DNA from: Desulfobacterales bacterium | GTDB lineage: Bacteria > Desulfobacterota > Desulfobacteria > Desulfobacterales > UBA5852 | DNA length: 64,000 nt | Direction of reading: 5' to 3' | Assembly (NCBI GenBank): GCA_963674755.2 | Contig: CAXXVS010000003.1 | Location: 1,536,001-1,600,000 of the forward strand | Shown: in pieces, positions 9,994-19,935 of the stretch | Position numbering within the stretch: the stretch's first letter is position 1 | Layout: each line of letters begins with the position of its first letter | Position numbers and translations under genes: made by a program | The notes under the pieces: generated by a model | What the model was told of the DNA's origin: nothing | The model's input: the letters and a program-made list of their open reading frames with translations, nothing else | Database searches by the model: none

Positions 9994-10719
9994 ATGGTTG
10001 ATAAGACAGAGCTTGTCGCAAAGTTACAGCAGTGGGGGGCCAGTATTGTCCGTGTGGCGGATACGGGCAGACTGTCCGGTATCGATACGGAACCGGAAGA
10101 TCTCCTGGACGGTTTTCCCCGGGCGGTGAGCATTGCCGTGCATCTTTCGGATGCGGTCATGGACATGATTGACAGGCAGCCCACCCCCCTATATTCATCC
10201 CATTACGGCCGGGTGAATGCGCTGCTCGACGATCTGGCCGTCCGCGCTACGAACCTATTGCAGAAAGAGGGCGCGCGCGCTGTTCCCATTCCGGCCAGCC
10301 AAACCCTCGATTCCGAAAAATGGACCTCGTATCTATCACACAAGGCCGTTGCCATCGCGGCGGGCATCGGCTGGCAGGGCAAAAGCCTTTTGGTGGTCAA
10401 TCCTGATTTCGGTCCCCGGATCAGGCTGACAACCGTTCTCACAGACGCCGATCTCGCACCGGATGCACCGATCAAGAACAGGTGCGGAAAATGCCATCAG
10501 TGTAAAGACCATTGCCCGGCGGGAGCCATCATCGGTGCCAGCACTGAGAGCCATTATGCCACCCGCTCGGAGGCCGTCGATCTCGCAAAATGCGTCTATC
10601 AGGTGCGTGACGTATTCGGTGAACTTCCGCATGTTACATCTTACATCTGTGGCATATGCATTAAGGTTTGCCCATGGGGCAATAAAGCGAAGCAAGCCCT
10701 TTCCTCAAGGGAAAGATAG
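9994..10719 (+). CDS. QueG-like / reductive-dehalogenase-like Fe-S protein
   Basis: SHKAVAIAAGIGWQGK, FGPRIRL, CGKCHQCKDHCP, CGICIKVCPWG. Confidence 0.85.
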   Translation: MVDKTELVAKLQQWGASIVRVADTGRLSGIDTEPEDLLDGFPRAVSIAVHLSDAVMDMIDRQPTPLYSSHYGRVNALLDDLAVRATNLLQKEGARAVPIPASQTLDSEKWTSYLSHKAVAIAAGIGWQGKSLLVVNPDFGPRIRLTTVLTDADLAPDAPIKNRCGKCHQCKDHCPAGAIIGASTESHYATRSEAVDLAKCVYQVRDVFGELPHVTSYICGICIKVCPWGNKAKQALSSRER

Positions 10720-10811
10720 GCCATTAGTTTTGATTTAAACCCTCCCCCTCGGGTGGCGACCCCGTGGAGGTTCAACCGATCCGGGGAGAGTTTTTGTAAG
10801 CGGATTCTTCA

Positions 10812-10858
10812 TTTTCTTGCACGTGCAAGAAAACGGAAGCAATCACGCCTCGGCGTGA
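10812..10858. repeat. Perfect 22-bp palindrome plus adjacent short hairpin
   Basis: TTTTCTTGCACGTGCAAGAAAA (10812-10833); TCACGCCTCGGCGTGA (10843-10858). Confidence 0.6.
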
Positions 10859-10913
10859 CAGGCTTCAAACGCCCGTGTTCCGCGCATAACCATTCGATAG
10901 AGGGTGAATCAAA

Positions 10914-11303
10914 TTGGATATAACGATTGAAAATGTAAAGAATGATCAGTTCGCTAAGCTGCTTGGGATCGAGATCGTGGAAGTCAGAATCGGTTATGCC
11001 TTGCTGAAACTCCAGGTTGAAGAAAAGCATCTAAATGGCATCGGCATGGTGCAGGGGGGCGCCATATTCACCTTGGCCGATTATGCGTTCGGTGTGGCGG
11101 CCAACGCCGACGGCAGCACGGTGGTGGGCATCAATGCCGGCATTTCCTATTTCAAACCACCCAAAGGGAAAACCATTTATGCCGAGGCCATGGAAGAAAA
11201 CAGCAATACTAAGATATGCGGGTACAAAGTGCTCGTAAAAGACGAAGATGGATCCTTGGTCGCATCCTTTTCAGGGCTGGGGTACAAGAAATATAAAAAA
11301 TGA
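10914..11303 (+). CDS. PaaI family hotdog-fold thioesterase
   Basis: HLNGIGMVQGGAIFTLAD; TTG start. Confidence 0.88.
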   Translation: MDITIENVKNDQFAKLLGIEIVEVRIGYALLKLQVEEKHLNGIGMVQGGAIFTLADYAFGVAANADGSTVVGINAGISYFKPPKGKTIYAEAMEENSNTKICGYKVLVKDEDGSLVASFSGLGYKKYKK

Positions 11304-11842
11304 CCTATTCGATCGAACTTTATTTCGATCGCCGATTCGAAGAGAAGCTGCGATCGCTGTGGGATGAGCTTGAAAAGGCCGGCCTGCCGTCCGTATTCTC
11401 GAAAATGGGGAGCCGGCCCCATCTGACGCTTATCATCCTGGATCGTTGCGATGAAGATCATGTTGCCGGTTTGATTGATCGTCATGTGAAGGAGCATTTC
11501 AAGTTTTCTATAGCTTTTCCGGCCTTTTCAATAATACCCGGTGTCCGGAATTCCGTTTTCCTGACGCCTGTCATAAAGCCAGAATTAATTGATATCCAAA
11601 GGAGTCTGTATAATCTTATTGAAGAAAATAGCTATTCCATTCAAGAGCACTATGCACCTCATAACTGGCTTCCCCATTGTTCGATATCAAAAGAGCTGTC
11701 TCCTGTCGAGGCCTTGAAAACCCTTGAAGTTTGTCTATACTGTGGGCTCAAAGAGGACGCATTGGTTACGGAAATCGGGCTTATAGAATTCAGACCAAGA
11801 AAGATGATAAAAACAATTGGACTATCGGATCGCTATGATTAA
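11300..11842 (+). CDS. 2H phosphoesterase / 2'-5' RNA ligase family protein
   Basis: Two HxT/S motifs: PHLTL and PHCSI. Confidence 0.8.
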   Translation: MTYSIELYFDRRFEEKLRSLWDELEKAGLPSVFSKMGSRPHLTLIILDRCDEDHVAGLIDRHVKEHFKFSIAFPAFSIIPGVRNSVFLTPVIKPELIDIQRSLYNLIEENSYSIQEHYAPHNWLPHCSISKELSPVEALKTLEVCLYCGLKEDALVTEIGLIEFRPRKMIKTIGLSDRYD

Positions 11843-11929
11843 AACGCCTAAAACACGCAACTTCACAGAGGCAAGGTGACAAAAAGATCTCACCAGTGAT
11901 TGAGGGCGGTTTTTCGAGAAAGGATGATT

Positions 11930-12235
11930 ATGATTACCTGTCATCTGAGATATACGATTGATCCATACAAGCTCGAAGCCTTTGAGAAATATGCGAAGAT
12001 TTGGATACCTTTGGTCAATAAGTTCGGGGGGACCCATCATGGCTACTTTTTGCCCCATGAGGGCGCCAATAATGTTGCCGTAGCGTTGTTCAGCTTTCCT
12101 TCGCTTGCCGACTATGAAGTTTATCGCGGCAAGATCCGTAGTGATCCGGATTGTCTAAAGGCATTCAAGCATGCCGAAGACACACGGTGTGTCATCAGTT
12201 TCGAGCGCAGTTTTATGAAGCCTGTCCTTGAATAG
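11930..12235 (+). CDS. NIPSNAP family protein
   Basis: MITCHLRYTIDP...HHGYFLPHEGANN..ALFSFPSLADYE. Confidence 0.88.
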   Translation: MITCHLRYTIDPYKLEAFEKYAKIWIPLVNKFGGTHHGYFLPHEGANNVAVALFSFPSLADYEVYRGKIRSDPDCLKAFKHAEDTRCVISFERSFMKPVLE

Positions 12236-12270
12236 AAGGCTCGCCACTCTATTGATAATTGGAGGAGACA

Positions 12271-12786
12271 ATGGAGCTTACAGGAAAGAAAGTGATGATC
12301 CTGATCGAAAATATGTATAACGAATTCGAATACTGGTATCCCTACTACCGGCTGAAGGAAGCGGGGGCCGAGGTCGTCACGGTGGGTACCGGCAGTATGC
12401 AATACACCAGCAAATCAGGCTTGCCGGCCAAAGCGGATGCCGATGCGAAAAACCTGAAGGCGGCGGATTTCGACGGCATCGTCATTCCCGGCGGGTACGC
12501 ACCGGATCTGATGCGCCGCAATGCCGATATGGTGCGTCTGGTGAAGGAATCCTTTGACGCCGGCAAACTGGTGGCCGCCATTTGCCACGCCGGATGGATG
12601 CTGGCCTCGGCCAAGATCCTCGCCAACCGGCGCGTTACCTCCTTTTTTGCCATCAAGGACGATCTGATCCATGCCGGAGCGGACTGGACCGATGCGGAAG
12701 TCGTCGTGGACGGAAATCTGGTCACCAGCCGGACGCCGGACGATCTGCCGGTCTTCATGAAAGCGGTTATTGCCGTGTTGGCCTGA
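12271..12786 (+). CDS. PfpI/DJ-1 family protein
   Basis: IPGGYAPD, AAICHAG, LVTSRTPDDL; GGAGG SD. Confidence 0.93.
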   Translation: MELTGKKVMILIENMYNEFEYWYPYYRLKEAGAEVVTVGTGSMQYTSKSGLPAKADADAKNLKAADFDGIVIPGGYAPDLMRRNADMVRLVKESFDAGKLVAAICHAGWMLASAKILANRRVTSFFAIKDDLIHAGADWTDAEVVVDGNLVTSRTPDDLPVFMKAVIAVLA

Positions 12787-12874
12787 TGGATAGGGTGTGA
12801 ATAGGCCTTGAGATCGCAGGGGGGGAGGCTTCGGGCCGCAACCGCCAACCGCCACATAGAACAGGGTATGGGCA

Positions 12875-13774
12875 GTGAAGATTTACCAGTATGACGCCTT
12901 TTCAACGGAACCCGACCGAGGAAATCCGGCCGGGGTCGTTCTCGATGCGGATCATCTCACGGAAGATGAAATGCAGGCGATCGCTACGGCGGTGGGATTC
13001 AACGAAACCGCGTTTATCTGCCGTTCCAAAATAGCCGATGTCAGAATTCGGTACTTTACACCGGGCCATGAAATGAACCTGTGCGGCCATGGCACGGTCG
13101 CATCCCTTATTGCGCTCTATCAGCAAAGGTCAAGGGTCGACATTCAAACGATCGAGACCAAAGCCGGTATTATCGAAGCCGCAATCCGAATCCGGGATGC
13201 TGAAGCAAGCGTCATTATGGAGCAGCTTCCCGCAAAATTCGTTCGTTTCGAAGGTGACGTTTCCAAATTGGCGTCGGCCTTGGGCATCAATGCGCGGGAT
13301 ATCGACCCAAGCCTTCCGATTGTCTATGGCAGTACCGGCATCTGGACCCTTTTGGTGCCGATCAAGAAACTGGCCTGTTTTAAAAAAATGACCCCCGCTA
13401 CCAAGGTATTCCCGGAGCTGTTGACCCAATTCCGGCACGCATCGATTCATCCCTTTTGTCTGGAAGTGGTCAACACGGGCGCCCACATGCATGGCCGCCA
13501 TTTTTCATCACCGTTTTCCGGAACAATTGAAGATCCGGTCACGGGAACGGCCTCGGGTGTCATGGGAGCCTACTACCTGAACTTCATCAGCCGGCGCAAA
13601 TCGGCTTCGATCGTCGTTGAGCAGGGTCAAGAGATCGGCCGCAATGGTTTTGTGACGGTCAACGTGGTGCCATCCAACGGGCAGATTAACGTGGCAATCG
13701 AAGGGACAGGCGTTTTTGTCAAAGAAATCGTGTTAAGGAACTCACGAGACGCGACTGCCGGATGCTCAGCATAG
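12875..13774 (+). CDS. PhzF family isomerase (second, divergent copy)
   Basis: DAF..GNPAGV, FNETAF, EMNLCGHGT, EDPVTGTASG. Confidence 0.92.
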   Translation: MKIYQYDAFSTEPDRGNPAGVVLDADHLTEDEMQAIATAVGFNETAFICRSKIADVRIRYFTPGHEMNLCGHGTVASLIALYQQRSRVDIQTIETKAGIIEAAIRIRDAEASVIMEQLPAKFVRFEGDVSKLASALGINARDIDPSLPIVYGSTGIWTLLVPIKKLACFKKMTPATKVFPELLTQFRHASIHPFCLEVVNTGAHMHGRHFSSPFSGTIEDPVTGTASGVMGAYYLNFISRRKSASIVVEQGQEIGRNGFVTVNVVPSNGQINVAIEGTGVFVKEIVLRNSRDATAGCSA

Positions 13775-13789
13775 ATTGGCGTAGAGAAG

Positions 13790-13993
13790 ATGAATACAGC
13801 GACCTTGATGTGGGGCGTCCTGTTCGGATCGATAGGGTTCGGGTATTTCATGTACGGTCGGAAACAGAAAGCGGTTCTGCCCTTTCTAAGCGGCTTGGGC
13901 CTGATGGTTTGCCCCTATTTCATCACGAATACCATCCTTTTGGTATGTGCCGGCATTGTCCTGGTGGCCTTGCCTTTTGTGATCCGAAGATGA
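13790..13993 (+). CDS. Small membrane protein
   Basis: 67 aa, hydrophobic, LFGSIGFGYFMYGRKQ. Confidence 0.75.
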   Translation: MNTATLMWGVLFGSIGFGYFMYGRKQKAVLPFLSGLGLMVCPYFITNTILLVCAGIVLVALPFVIRR

Positions 13994-14121
13994 GGCTATG
14001 GCGCTGATCCATAAGCGCGCTGGCGCCAATCGTTTCAATCAAATCCGTTTTAGCGTCCCCTTCGAGGAGGCCACCGGAGGCCTGCCGCTATGCTGGAAAG
14101 AACGCAACGGGCCAACCTGAC

Positions 14122-14664
14122 ATGACATCAAACCGCCTAGAATTAAGGCTCTTGCGCCGGGAAGACGAGGTGTCTTTCAAGAAGGCGATTGCCGCTTTCG
14201 AGAGCGAGACGCCGCCCTTTGAATTCGCCTTCGATTTCGATGCCGCCATGCCTTTCGAAGCATACCTCAAGAAGCTCGAGGGATGGCCTTTGGGTAAAGA
14301 CCTGCCGGATAAATTCGTTCCGAATACGTTTCTGGTCGGGGTTGTCGGGGGGCAGATTGTCGGGCGGGTGTCGCTGCGGCACTGTTTAAACGATTTCCTC
14401 GCCAGCATTGGCGGCCACATCGGCTATGGCGTGATCCCCGCTTACCGGCGGAAGGGATACGCTACCGAGATGCTTCGGCAGACCCTCCCGATCTGTTCAT
14501 CACTTGGCATCGCCAAGGTGTTGATTACCTGCGATATTGGGAATCCGGGCTCAAGGAAAGTGATTGAGAACTGCGGCGGCGTCTTTGAAAATCTAACGGA
14601 CGCCCCCCAACTCGATGTTCAAAAAAGAAGGTACTGGATTGATTGTCCCCCTGTTGGTGATTAA
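14122..14664 (+). CDS. GNAT N-acetyltransferase
   Basis: GGHIGYGVIPAYRRKGYA, LITCD..N..SRKVIE..GG. Confidence 0.9.
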   Translation: MTSNRLELRLLRREDEVSFKKAIAAFESETPPFEFAFDFDAAMPFEAYLKKLEGWPLGKDLPDKFVPNTFLVGVVGGQIVGRVSLRHCLNDFLASIGGHIGYGVIPAYRRKGYATEMLRQTLPICSSLGIAKVLITCDIGNPGSRKVIENCGGVFENLTDAPQLDVQKRRYWIDCPPVGD

Positions 14665-14699
14665 ACGATAAGGCCTGCCAAGCGCCGGCAGGAAAACAT

Positions 14700-14723
14700 C
14701 AGGCGCCGTCGTAACGGCGCCTG
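14700..14723. terminator. Hairpin between convergent genes
   Basis: CAGGCGCCGT-CGTA-ACGGCGCCTG; short T-tract follows on the minus strand. Confidence 0.6.
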
Positions 14724-14772
14724 TATCAGCGTATCGTTTCCCAAAAGGGATGGCGTGGCTTCATCAGCGGTA

Positions 14773-15924
14773 TCAGGCCGCGGCATGCGCACTGGCGGCG
14801 CATTCGTTTTTGCCGATGTCCATGATCTCCTGCTGCTCTTCGTCCACGTCCACCAGCCCGGCGTTGATCTCACGAATCTTGGCGTATTCCTCGGGCTGGG
14901 GCCTCATGTTCGCCTCGATGAAGGCGAAGAAGGTCTTCTCATCGTCAATGGCGTATATGCTGGCGTTGTCGGTTTTGATTTTGGCCATGGGGGCGGCGAA
15001 GATCAGGTTCTCATCGGCCTCTTCCCAATCCATATAATGGCCCGGCAGGATCACCGTGTTGTCATCCAGATTCAGCAGGATCTCGGTCATGGTCTTGAAC
15101 AGCATGTCTGACCAGGCTTTCGCCATGCCGCCCAGATCGGGACGGCCGATGGATTTGATGAAAACCGTATCGCCGGAAATCAGGTACTTCCCGTCCACCC
15201 GGTAGCAGGTGCTGCCGGGGGTATGGCCGGGGGTATGAATAATCTCCACCTGGGGGCCGCCGTTGCGGAAGCTGTGGCGATCCCCGTCCCGGGCCGGTGT
15301 ATAGGGGAACTTGGCCCCTTTGAAGTCGTCGTCGGGCGCCACGATTTCCGCGCCGGTCGTCTGGCGCAGCATGTTGCTGCCGGAAATGTAATCGGCTTGG
15401 CGGTGGGTTTCGAAGGTTTTGGTGATGGTGCAGCCCTTCTCTTTGGCGAAGTCCAGATAAAAAGGGACATTTTTGGCCGGGTCGAAGACCATCATTTCAT
15501 TGCCGCTGATCAAGCCGTAGCTGCAGGAGGCTTTGCCGGGCCGCCGGAACTGGTAAAGCTCATACCCGTCGCCGTCGGCGATGAGGGCCGGTTCCAGCAG
15601 GTTGCCCCAGGCTTTGATGCCCACTTTCATATGGGCCACGTCCTCATACCCGTGATTGGCCAGGATTTCACCGACGAATTTGGACGAGCCCTCCTTGGCG
15701 CACACGATGCGCACCTTCCTGCCTTGGGGCACACGGGCGATGCTTTCCGCCTCCCATTCGATGAATTCCATATAGGGCACATTGATCATATCGATCGGAT
15801 AAGGTCCTTCCACCTTGAAACGCGCAAATTCGGCATCGTTGCGCACGTCCAGCAGCAGGAAGTCCTCCTTGCGGGTCAGCCAATTAAAAAGATCGTGGGC
15901 GCTAAAGGCTTGCACTTCCATCAT
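14773..15924 (-). CDS. Rhodanese-like + MBL-fold hydrolase (persulfide dioxygenase / YrkH-like)
   Basis: N-terminal LLDVR..CAKEGSS; THRQADYISG, HTPGHTPGS, SGDT, PGH; C-terminal GKNECA. Confidence 0.85.
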   Translation of the reverse strand: MMEVQAFSAHDLFNWLTRKEDFLLLDVRNDAEFARFKVEGPYPIDMINVPYMEFIEWEAESIARVPQGRKVRIVCAKEGSSKFVGEILANHGYEDVAHMKVGIKAWGNLLEPALIADGDGYELYQFRRPGKASCSYGLISGNEMMVFDPAKNVPFYLDFAKEKGCTITKTFETHRQADYISGSNMLRQTTGAEIVAPDDDFKGAKFPYTPARDGDRHSFRNGGPQVEIIHTPGHTPGSTCYRVDGKYLISGDTVFIKSIGRPDLGGMAKAWSDMLFKTMTEILLNLDDNTVILPGHYMDWEEADENLIFAAPMAKIKTDNASIYAIDDEKTFFAFIEANMRPQPEEYAKIREINAGLVDVDEEQQEIMDIGKNECAASAHAAA

Positions 15925-16130
15925 CGTTCCTCCCGTGGGCTCATGGGTTCAGGACAAAGATACGCTACCCGCCGACCCTGTCAAGAGGGTGTCGGACGGG
16001 TATGACATTTCCCCAAACAGTCTATGGGATACAAACAGTAAGCGGATCAGGGATGGTGTAGGCGCCCGGACCCCCACCTCATACCTTTATGAGTCGCCAT
16101 TTCCCCAGGCGTTACACGTGACGAACAACA

Positions 16131-16158
16131 AGCGCCGGGGGGATGACCCCCCGGCGCT
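16131..16158 (-). terminator. Intrinsic terminator downstream of the FadL-like gene
   Basis: AGCGCCGGGGGG-ATGA-CCCCCCGGCGCT followed by TGTTGTT on the minus strand. Confidence 0.65.
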
Positions 16159-16196
16159 GCTATCGTTGGGAACCGCAAACAGAGGCTCTGTCGCGG

Positions 16197-17477
16197 CTAG
16201 AACCGCCAGGTGAAACCGAAATCGACGGCCTGCTCGCTCAGGTTCGATTTGATTTGCACCGCGCGTCCTTGCGGATCCGTCCCGTTTTCGGTGATGTCGT
16301 TGGAGAAACCATACATATACCCGACGTTGAGTTCCACCGTCGGGGTGATCTGGTAGCCAACCCCGAGGGTCACATGCTGCTCCACCACGGCCGGGAAGCC
16401 GATCGTGCGGAAGGATTCATAGTAGTAGGTGGGGATGAGATTGCCCTGCACGTTGGTGACGCTGTTGGGCATGCCGAGCAGGTTGAAGCTGCCGTCCCAG
16501 CCGTTGTGCTGGTCGACCGGACTTTCCGCATAGTTGTAGCCGGCCCGCAGGAACAACCCCTGGATGGGCTGCCACTGGGCACCGATGGCGAAAACCCATT
16601 GGTCATTCCAGTCGAAGTCGTCGTAGCCTTTGGCGTCGGACCAGTTGATCCATTTCGTATCCGCCTCCACCAGCAGTTCAATACCGGGGAAAAAGTAGGC
16701 GGCACCGAAACCCAACTGCTGGGGGGCCTCCAGGTCGAGGTCGTCGCGGAAGCCGTTCTGGTCGAAGTCGGTCACGTGGTCGAAGGTGGCTTTCTGGGCG
16801 GAGATATAGGTCAACCCCAGGGACAGGTTGTCGATGGGTTTGTAGATGATGCCCGGCTGAAAGCCGAAGGCGTAGGCGGTGGAGCCGCCGTCGCCCAGAT
16901 CGAGGGTTTCATAGTCCACATGGACGGCCAGCCCCAGGGACAGATTGGGCAGGAGCTGGAAGGCAAGGGACGGGGCGAATTTCATGATCTGCAATTCGGT
17001 ATAGGTCCCGGAGGCCAACGGCGCCCCGCTGGGAGAATAGGTCGCGAAGTCGAGGGACGTGTCCCTGTAATCCACTCCCATACCGCTTACGCCATAGGCT
17101 GCCAGCCCGAAACGCCAGTTCTGGGGCGAATCCGAAATGGGAAGCGAAAGACCAATGGCCGGAATGGCATAGACATTGTCTTGGCTGTCGGACTTGACGA
17201 CCCCGTCGGCGGTGGTGATCTTGGCATCGACTTTCGGCATGAACAGGGTTCCGGCGAAATTCACCTCGGTGGACGGACAATAGGGGCCGAAACACATGGC
17301 GGCCGGGTTGGAGAAAACGGCGCTGATCGCATCCTGGGGAGCCGCAATACCGGTTCCCCCCATCGCCCGGGAAATGGGGCCGATGGCGATCAGGTTGGTG
17401 CCGTTGGTGGCCAGGGCCGCCGGTGCCAGCATCAGCGAACAGGCCAGGATTGCCATCAATAAATAAAACTTCCTCAT
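16197..17477 (-). CDS. FadL/TodX/OmpP1 family outer-membrane channel
   Basis: Signal peptide, SRAMGG, SNPAAM hatch motif, beta-strand pattern, C-terminal FTWRF. Confidence 0.9.
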   Translation of the reverse strand: MRKFYLLMAILACSLMLAPAALATNGTNLIAIGPISRAMGGTGIAAPQDAISAVFSNPAAMCFGPYCPSTEVNFAGTLFMPKVDAKITTADGVVKSDSQDNVYAIPAIGLSLPISDSPQNWRFGLAAYGVSGMGVDYRDTSLDFATYSPSGAPLASGTYTELQIMKFAPSLAFQLLPNLSLGLAVHVDYETLDLGDGGSTAYAFGFQPGIIYKPIDNLSLGLTYISAQKATFDHVTDFDQNGFRDDLDLEAPQQLGFGAAYFFPGIELLVEADTKWINWSDAKGYDDFDWNDQWVFAIGAQWQPIQGLFLRAGYNYAESPVDQHNGWDGSFNLLGMPNSVTNVQGNLIPTYYYESFRTIGFPAVVEQHVTLGVGYQITPTVELNVGYMYGFSNDITENGTDPQGRAVQIKSNLSEQAVDFGFTWRF

Positions 17478-17627
17478 GGTTGCTTACCTCCATACTCACA
17501 TCGTTAAATCCGGTCCCCGTCCTTTGTGCGGGGACTGTTGCCCGAGATAGACGACCATGGGCCGTGCCATACGGCTCACGATCATGGCTAAACAGCGGCT
17601 CGGCGCGCGGGTCGAAACCGATCGGTT

Positions 17628-18884
17628 TCAGGCGGGAACCAGAGCGTCGGCCACCATTGAAGACAAGAAGGTCACATCCACCTCCATTTTATAATGTTTG
17701 TTGAGGTCGCTCAGCTGGGCGTGGCAGTTTTCACAGGCTGTGGTGAGGATCTTGGCCCCTGTCCCTTGGACCTGATCCACCTTGACCCGGGCGGATTTCA
17801 TGCGGAAATCATGGGTCTCATCCCCCAGGGCCACCAGGCCGCCGCCCCCGCCGCAGCACCAGTTGTAGGCCGGCTCCGGGGACAATTCCCGGTAATCGTC
17901 GGTCAGGTGCTGCAGAATGTAGCGCGGCGGATCGATCACGCCGCCGTTGCGGGCAATTTGGCAGGGGTCGTGGTAGGTGATCGGGACATTGAATTTGGAC
18001 TTGTCCAACCGGATGCGGCCCTCCTTAAGATAGCGGGCGTGCACATCGGTGATGGACGACACCGTGAAGGGCTGCTTGCCGGAGAGCTGCTTCATGACCC
18101 GATAGGCTGTGCCGCACTCGCAGATGCAAACTTCCTTGACCTTGAGCCGCTTGGCTTCGTTGACGATGCGCTCCAGGATCAGTTTGGTCTTGGTGGGATC
18201 CCCCACAAAGGCGCCGAAATTGACGGCTTCAAAGAAACTCAGGGTCCATTTTTCTCCGGCGGCATTGAAAACGGCCGCGGCCGGGATGATCGAATGGGCG
18301 CCGGCCAGGGCCACATAGAGCAGGTCGGCCCCTTCCACATCCACCGGGATAACGGCTTCGCCCGCTTCCATCTGCCACTTGGCGACGACTTCCTCTTCCA
18401 GGCGCTTGAGTCCCTGGATGAAGCCCTCCTTGAACATTTCGATGGACTTGCCTTTTTCAATGGACATATCCGCCAGCATGGTCAGGGTTTCCGGCTCCGT
18501 GTGGGCGCCGATCAACAGCAGCTTGGCGATGGACATGAGCATCTGGGTGTCGATGCTGAAAGGGCAGTAGAGCATGCAGCGCCGGCAGCCGGTGCAGGAG
18601 TAGGCGGCATCGAAGAGCTCCTCCAATGCCATTTCGGTCAGTTCTTTGGACTCGCCCACCGAAGGCCAGACCTTGCCCCGGGCCTTGAAGTATTTTTTAT
18701 AGAGCCGCCGGATGATTTCATGCCGGTAGGCGGCGATGTAGCGTACCTGCCCCATGGAGGCATAAACGTGGCAGGCCTCCGTACAGGTCCCGCAGCGGGT
18801 GCAGGTTTCGAGATAGAAGCGCATGGCTTCGTTGAGTTTGCTCTGGAAAAGACCCAGCAGGTCGTCCCGTGTCTTGGCATCCAT
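17628..18884 (-). CDS. HdrD/DsrK/TmcB-like Fe-S oxidoreductase (CCG domain)
   Basis: CTRCGTCTEAC, CTGCRRCMLYCP, YHDPC, CCGGGGG, TACENC. Confidence 0.88.
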   Translation of the reverse strand: MDAKTRDDLLGLFQSKLNEAMRFYLETCTRCGTCTEACHVYASMGQVRYIAAYRHEIIRRLYKKYFKARGKVWPSVGESKELTEMALEELFDAAYSCTGCRRCMLYCPFSIDTQMLMSIAKLLLIGAHTEPETLTMLADMSIEKGKSIEMFKEGFIQGLKRLEEEVVAKWQMEAGEAVIPVDVEGADLLYVALAGAHSIIPAAAVFNAAGEKWTLSFFEAVNFGAFVGDPTKTKLILERIVNEAKRLKVKEVCICECGTAYRVMKQLSGKQPFTVSSITDVHARYLKEGRIRLDKSKFNVPITYHDPCQIARNGGVIDPPRYILQHLTDDYRELSPEPAYNWCCGGGGGLVALGDETHDFRMKSARVKVDQVQGTGAKILTTACENCHAQLSDLNKHYKMEVDVTFLSSMVADALVPA

Positions 18885-18887
18885 GGG

Positions 18888-19598
18888 TTAGCCCCTCCGG
18901 AGTTTGTTCATGGGTAGTGATAAAAAGGCGTGCATGGCCTGGCTGAAAGGGAAGAAGATCAGAAACAGGTTGGCCAGGAAGACATGCAGGAGCAGCATGA
19001 AGGAATGTCCGCTTTCCGTCACGCTGGCAGGCAGATAGGGCTCGAAAGCGATCAGGCTGCCGAGATAGGTGCGATAGTCGTCCACCGTCATGCCATCGTA
19101 GTAGTACCAGTTGCGGGCCCAGTCCATCTGGCTGCCGAAGAGCACCACCAGGAAGAGCAGGATCAGCAGATAGTAGTCTTCCGGGACCGACAGCTCGCGC
19201 ACCGGCGAACGGAAGCGCCGAAAGAGGAAATACAGCAGGGACAGGGCCGTCAGCAGCCCCACCATTCCTTTGCCGAGGAAAATTTCATGCGGGATGATCT
19301 GCAGGATGGGGTAGTCCCCGAAAAGCTCCAGGTGACCGATGATCAGCAGCAGCAGGCAGGCATGAAAGATGATGAGGAACACCCACAAAAGCGGCTTATG
19401 GCGCCGGACGGTTGGGAAGAGAAAGGTGTCGTGCAGGGCCCACAGCCAGGCAGGCTTTTTGGCCGGATAGATCTGCAAGGTGGTCGGGTGTTTGGGTGCC
19501 TTGAAGATGTTGACCAGACGCACCGTCGTGCCGATCACAAAGACGGCGGCTGCCAGATAAACCATGGGCACGAGAATGATATAGGATAGTGTTTCCAC
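18888..19598 (-). CDS. NarI/DsrM-like membrane cytochrome b subunit
   Basis: About five TM segments with His pairs FH..GH and LH..MH; GTG start after GGGAGGG. Confidence 0.85.
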   Translation of the reverse strand: METLSYIILVPMVYLAAAVFVIGTTVRLVNIFKAPKHPTTLQIYPAKKPAWLWALHDTFLFPTVRRHKPLLWVFLIIFHACLLLLIIGHLELFGDYPILQIIPHEIFLGKGMVGLLTALSLLYFLFRRFRSPVRELSVPEDYYLLILLFLVVLFGSQMDWARNWYYYDGMTVDDYRTYLGSLIAFEPYLPASVTESGHSFMLLLHVFLANLFLIFFPFSQAMHAFLSLPMNKLRRG

Positions 19599-19666
19599 GA
19601 AGCCCTCCCTAGGATGCCGAAGCGGGCGGGCCCCCACCGCCCCTGGCGGTGAGAAGCCCGTGCGGT

Positions 19667-19909
19667 TTACGCGTTGCGCTTGATAAGAAACCGGATCTCT
19701 TTACCGTCCTGATCGGTTTTGAGGATCTCGTTGCCGCTGGTACGCGCCCAGGCCGGGATATCCGTCAGGGAGCCGGGGTCCGTGGAAATGGCTTCGATCA
19801 CTTCGCCCACGGCGACGTCCTTGATGCCCTTGCTGACTTTGACGACCGGCATGGGACAGGCCAGACCTTTCAAATCAAATGTTTTGCTGATTGCGATGTC
19901 GTTGCTCAT
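19667..19909 (-). CDS. tusA: TusA/SirA family sulfur carrier
   Basis: DLKGLACPMP, DPGSLTDIPAW. Confidence 0.92.
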   Translation of the reverse strand: MSNDIAISKTFDLKGLACPMPVVKVSKGIKDVAVGEVIEAISTDPGSLTDIPAWARTSGNEILKTDQDGKEIRFLIKRNA

Positions 19910-19935
19910 TGTCGTTCTCCTCTCATTATGTTGGT

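Noticed and set aside
9994..10719. Reductive dehalogenase rdhA
   Set aside because: Only 241 aa, with no Tat signal and no rdhB anchor gene; fits the short QueG-like family
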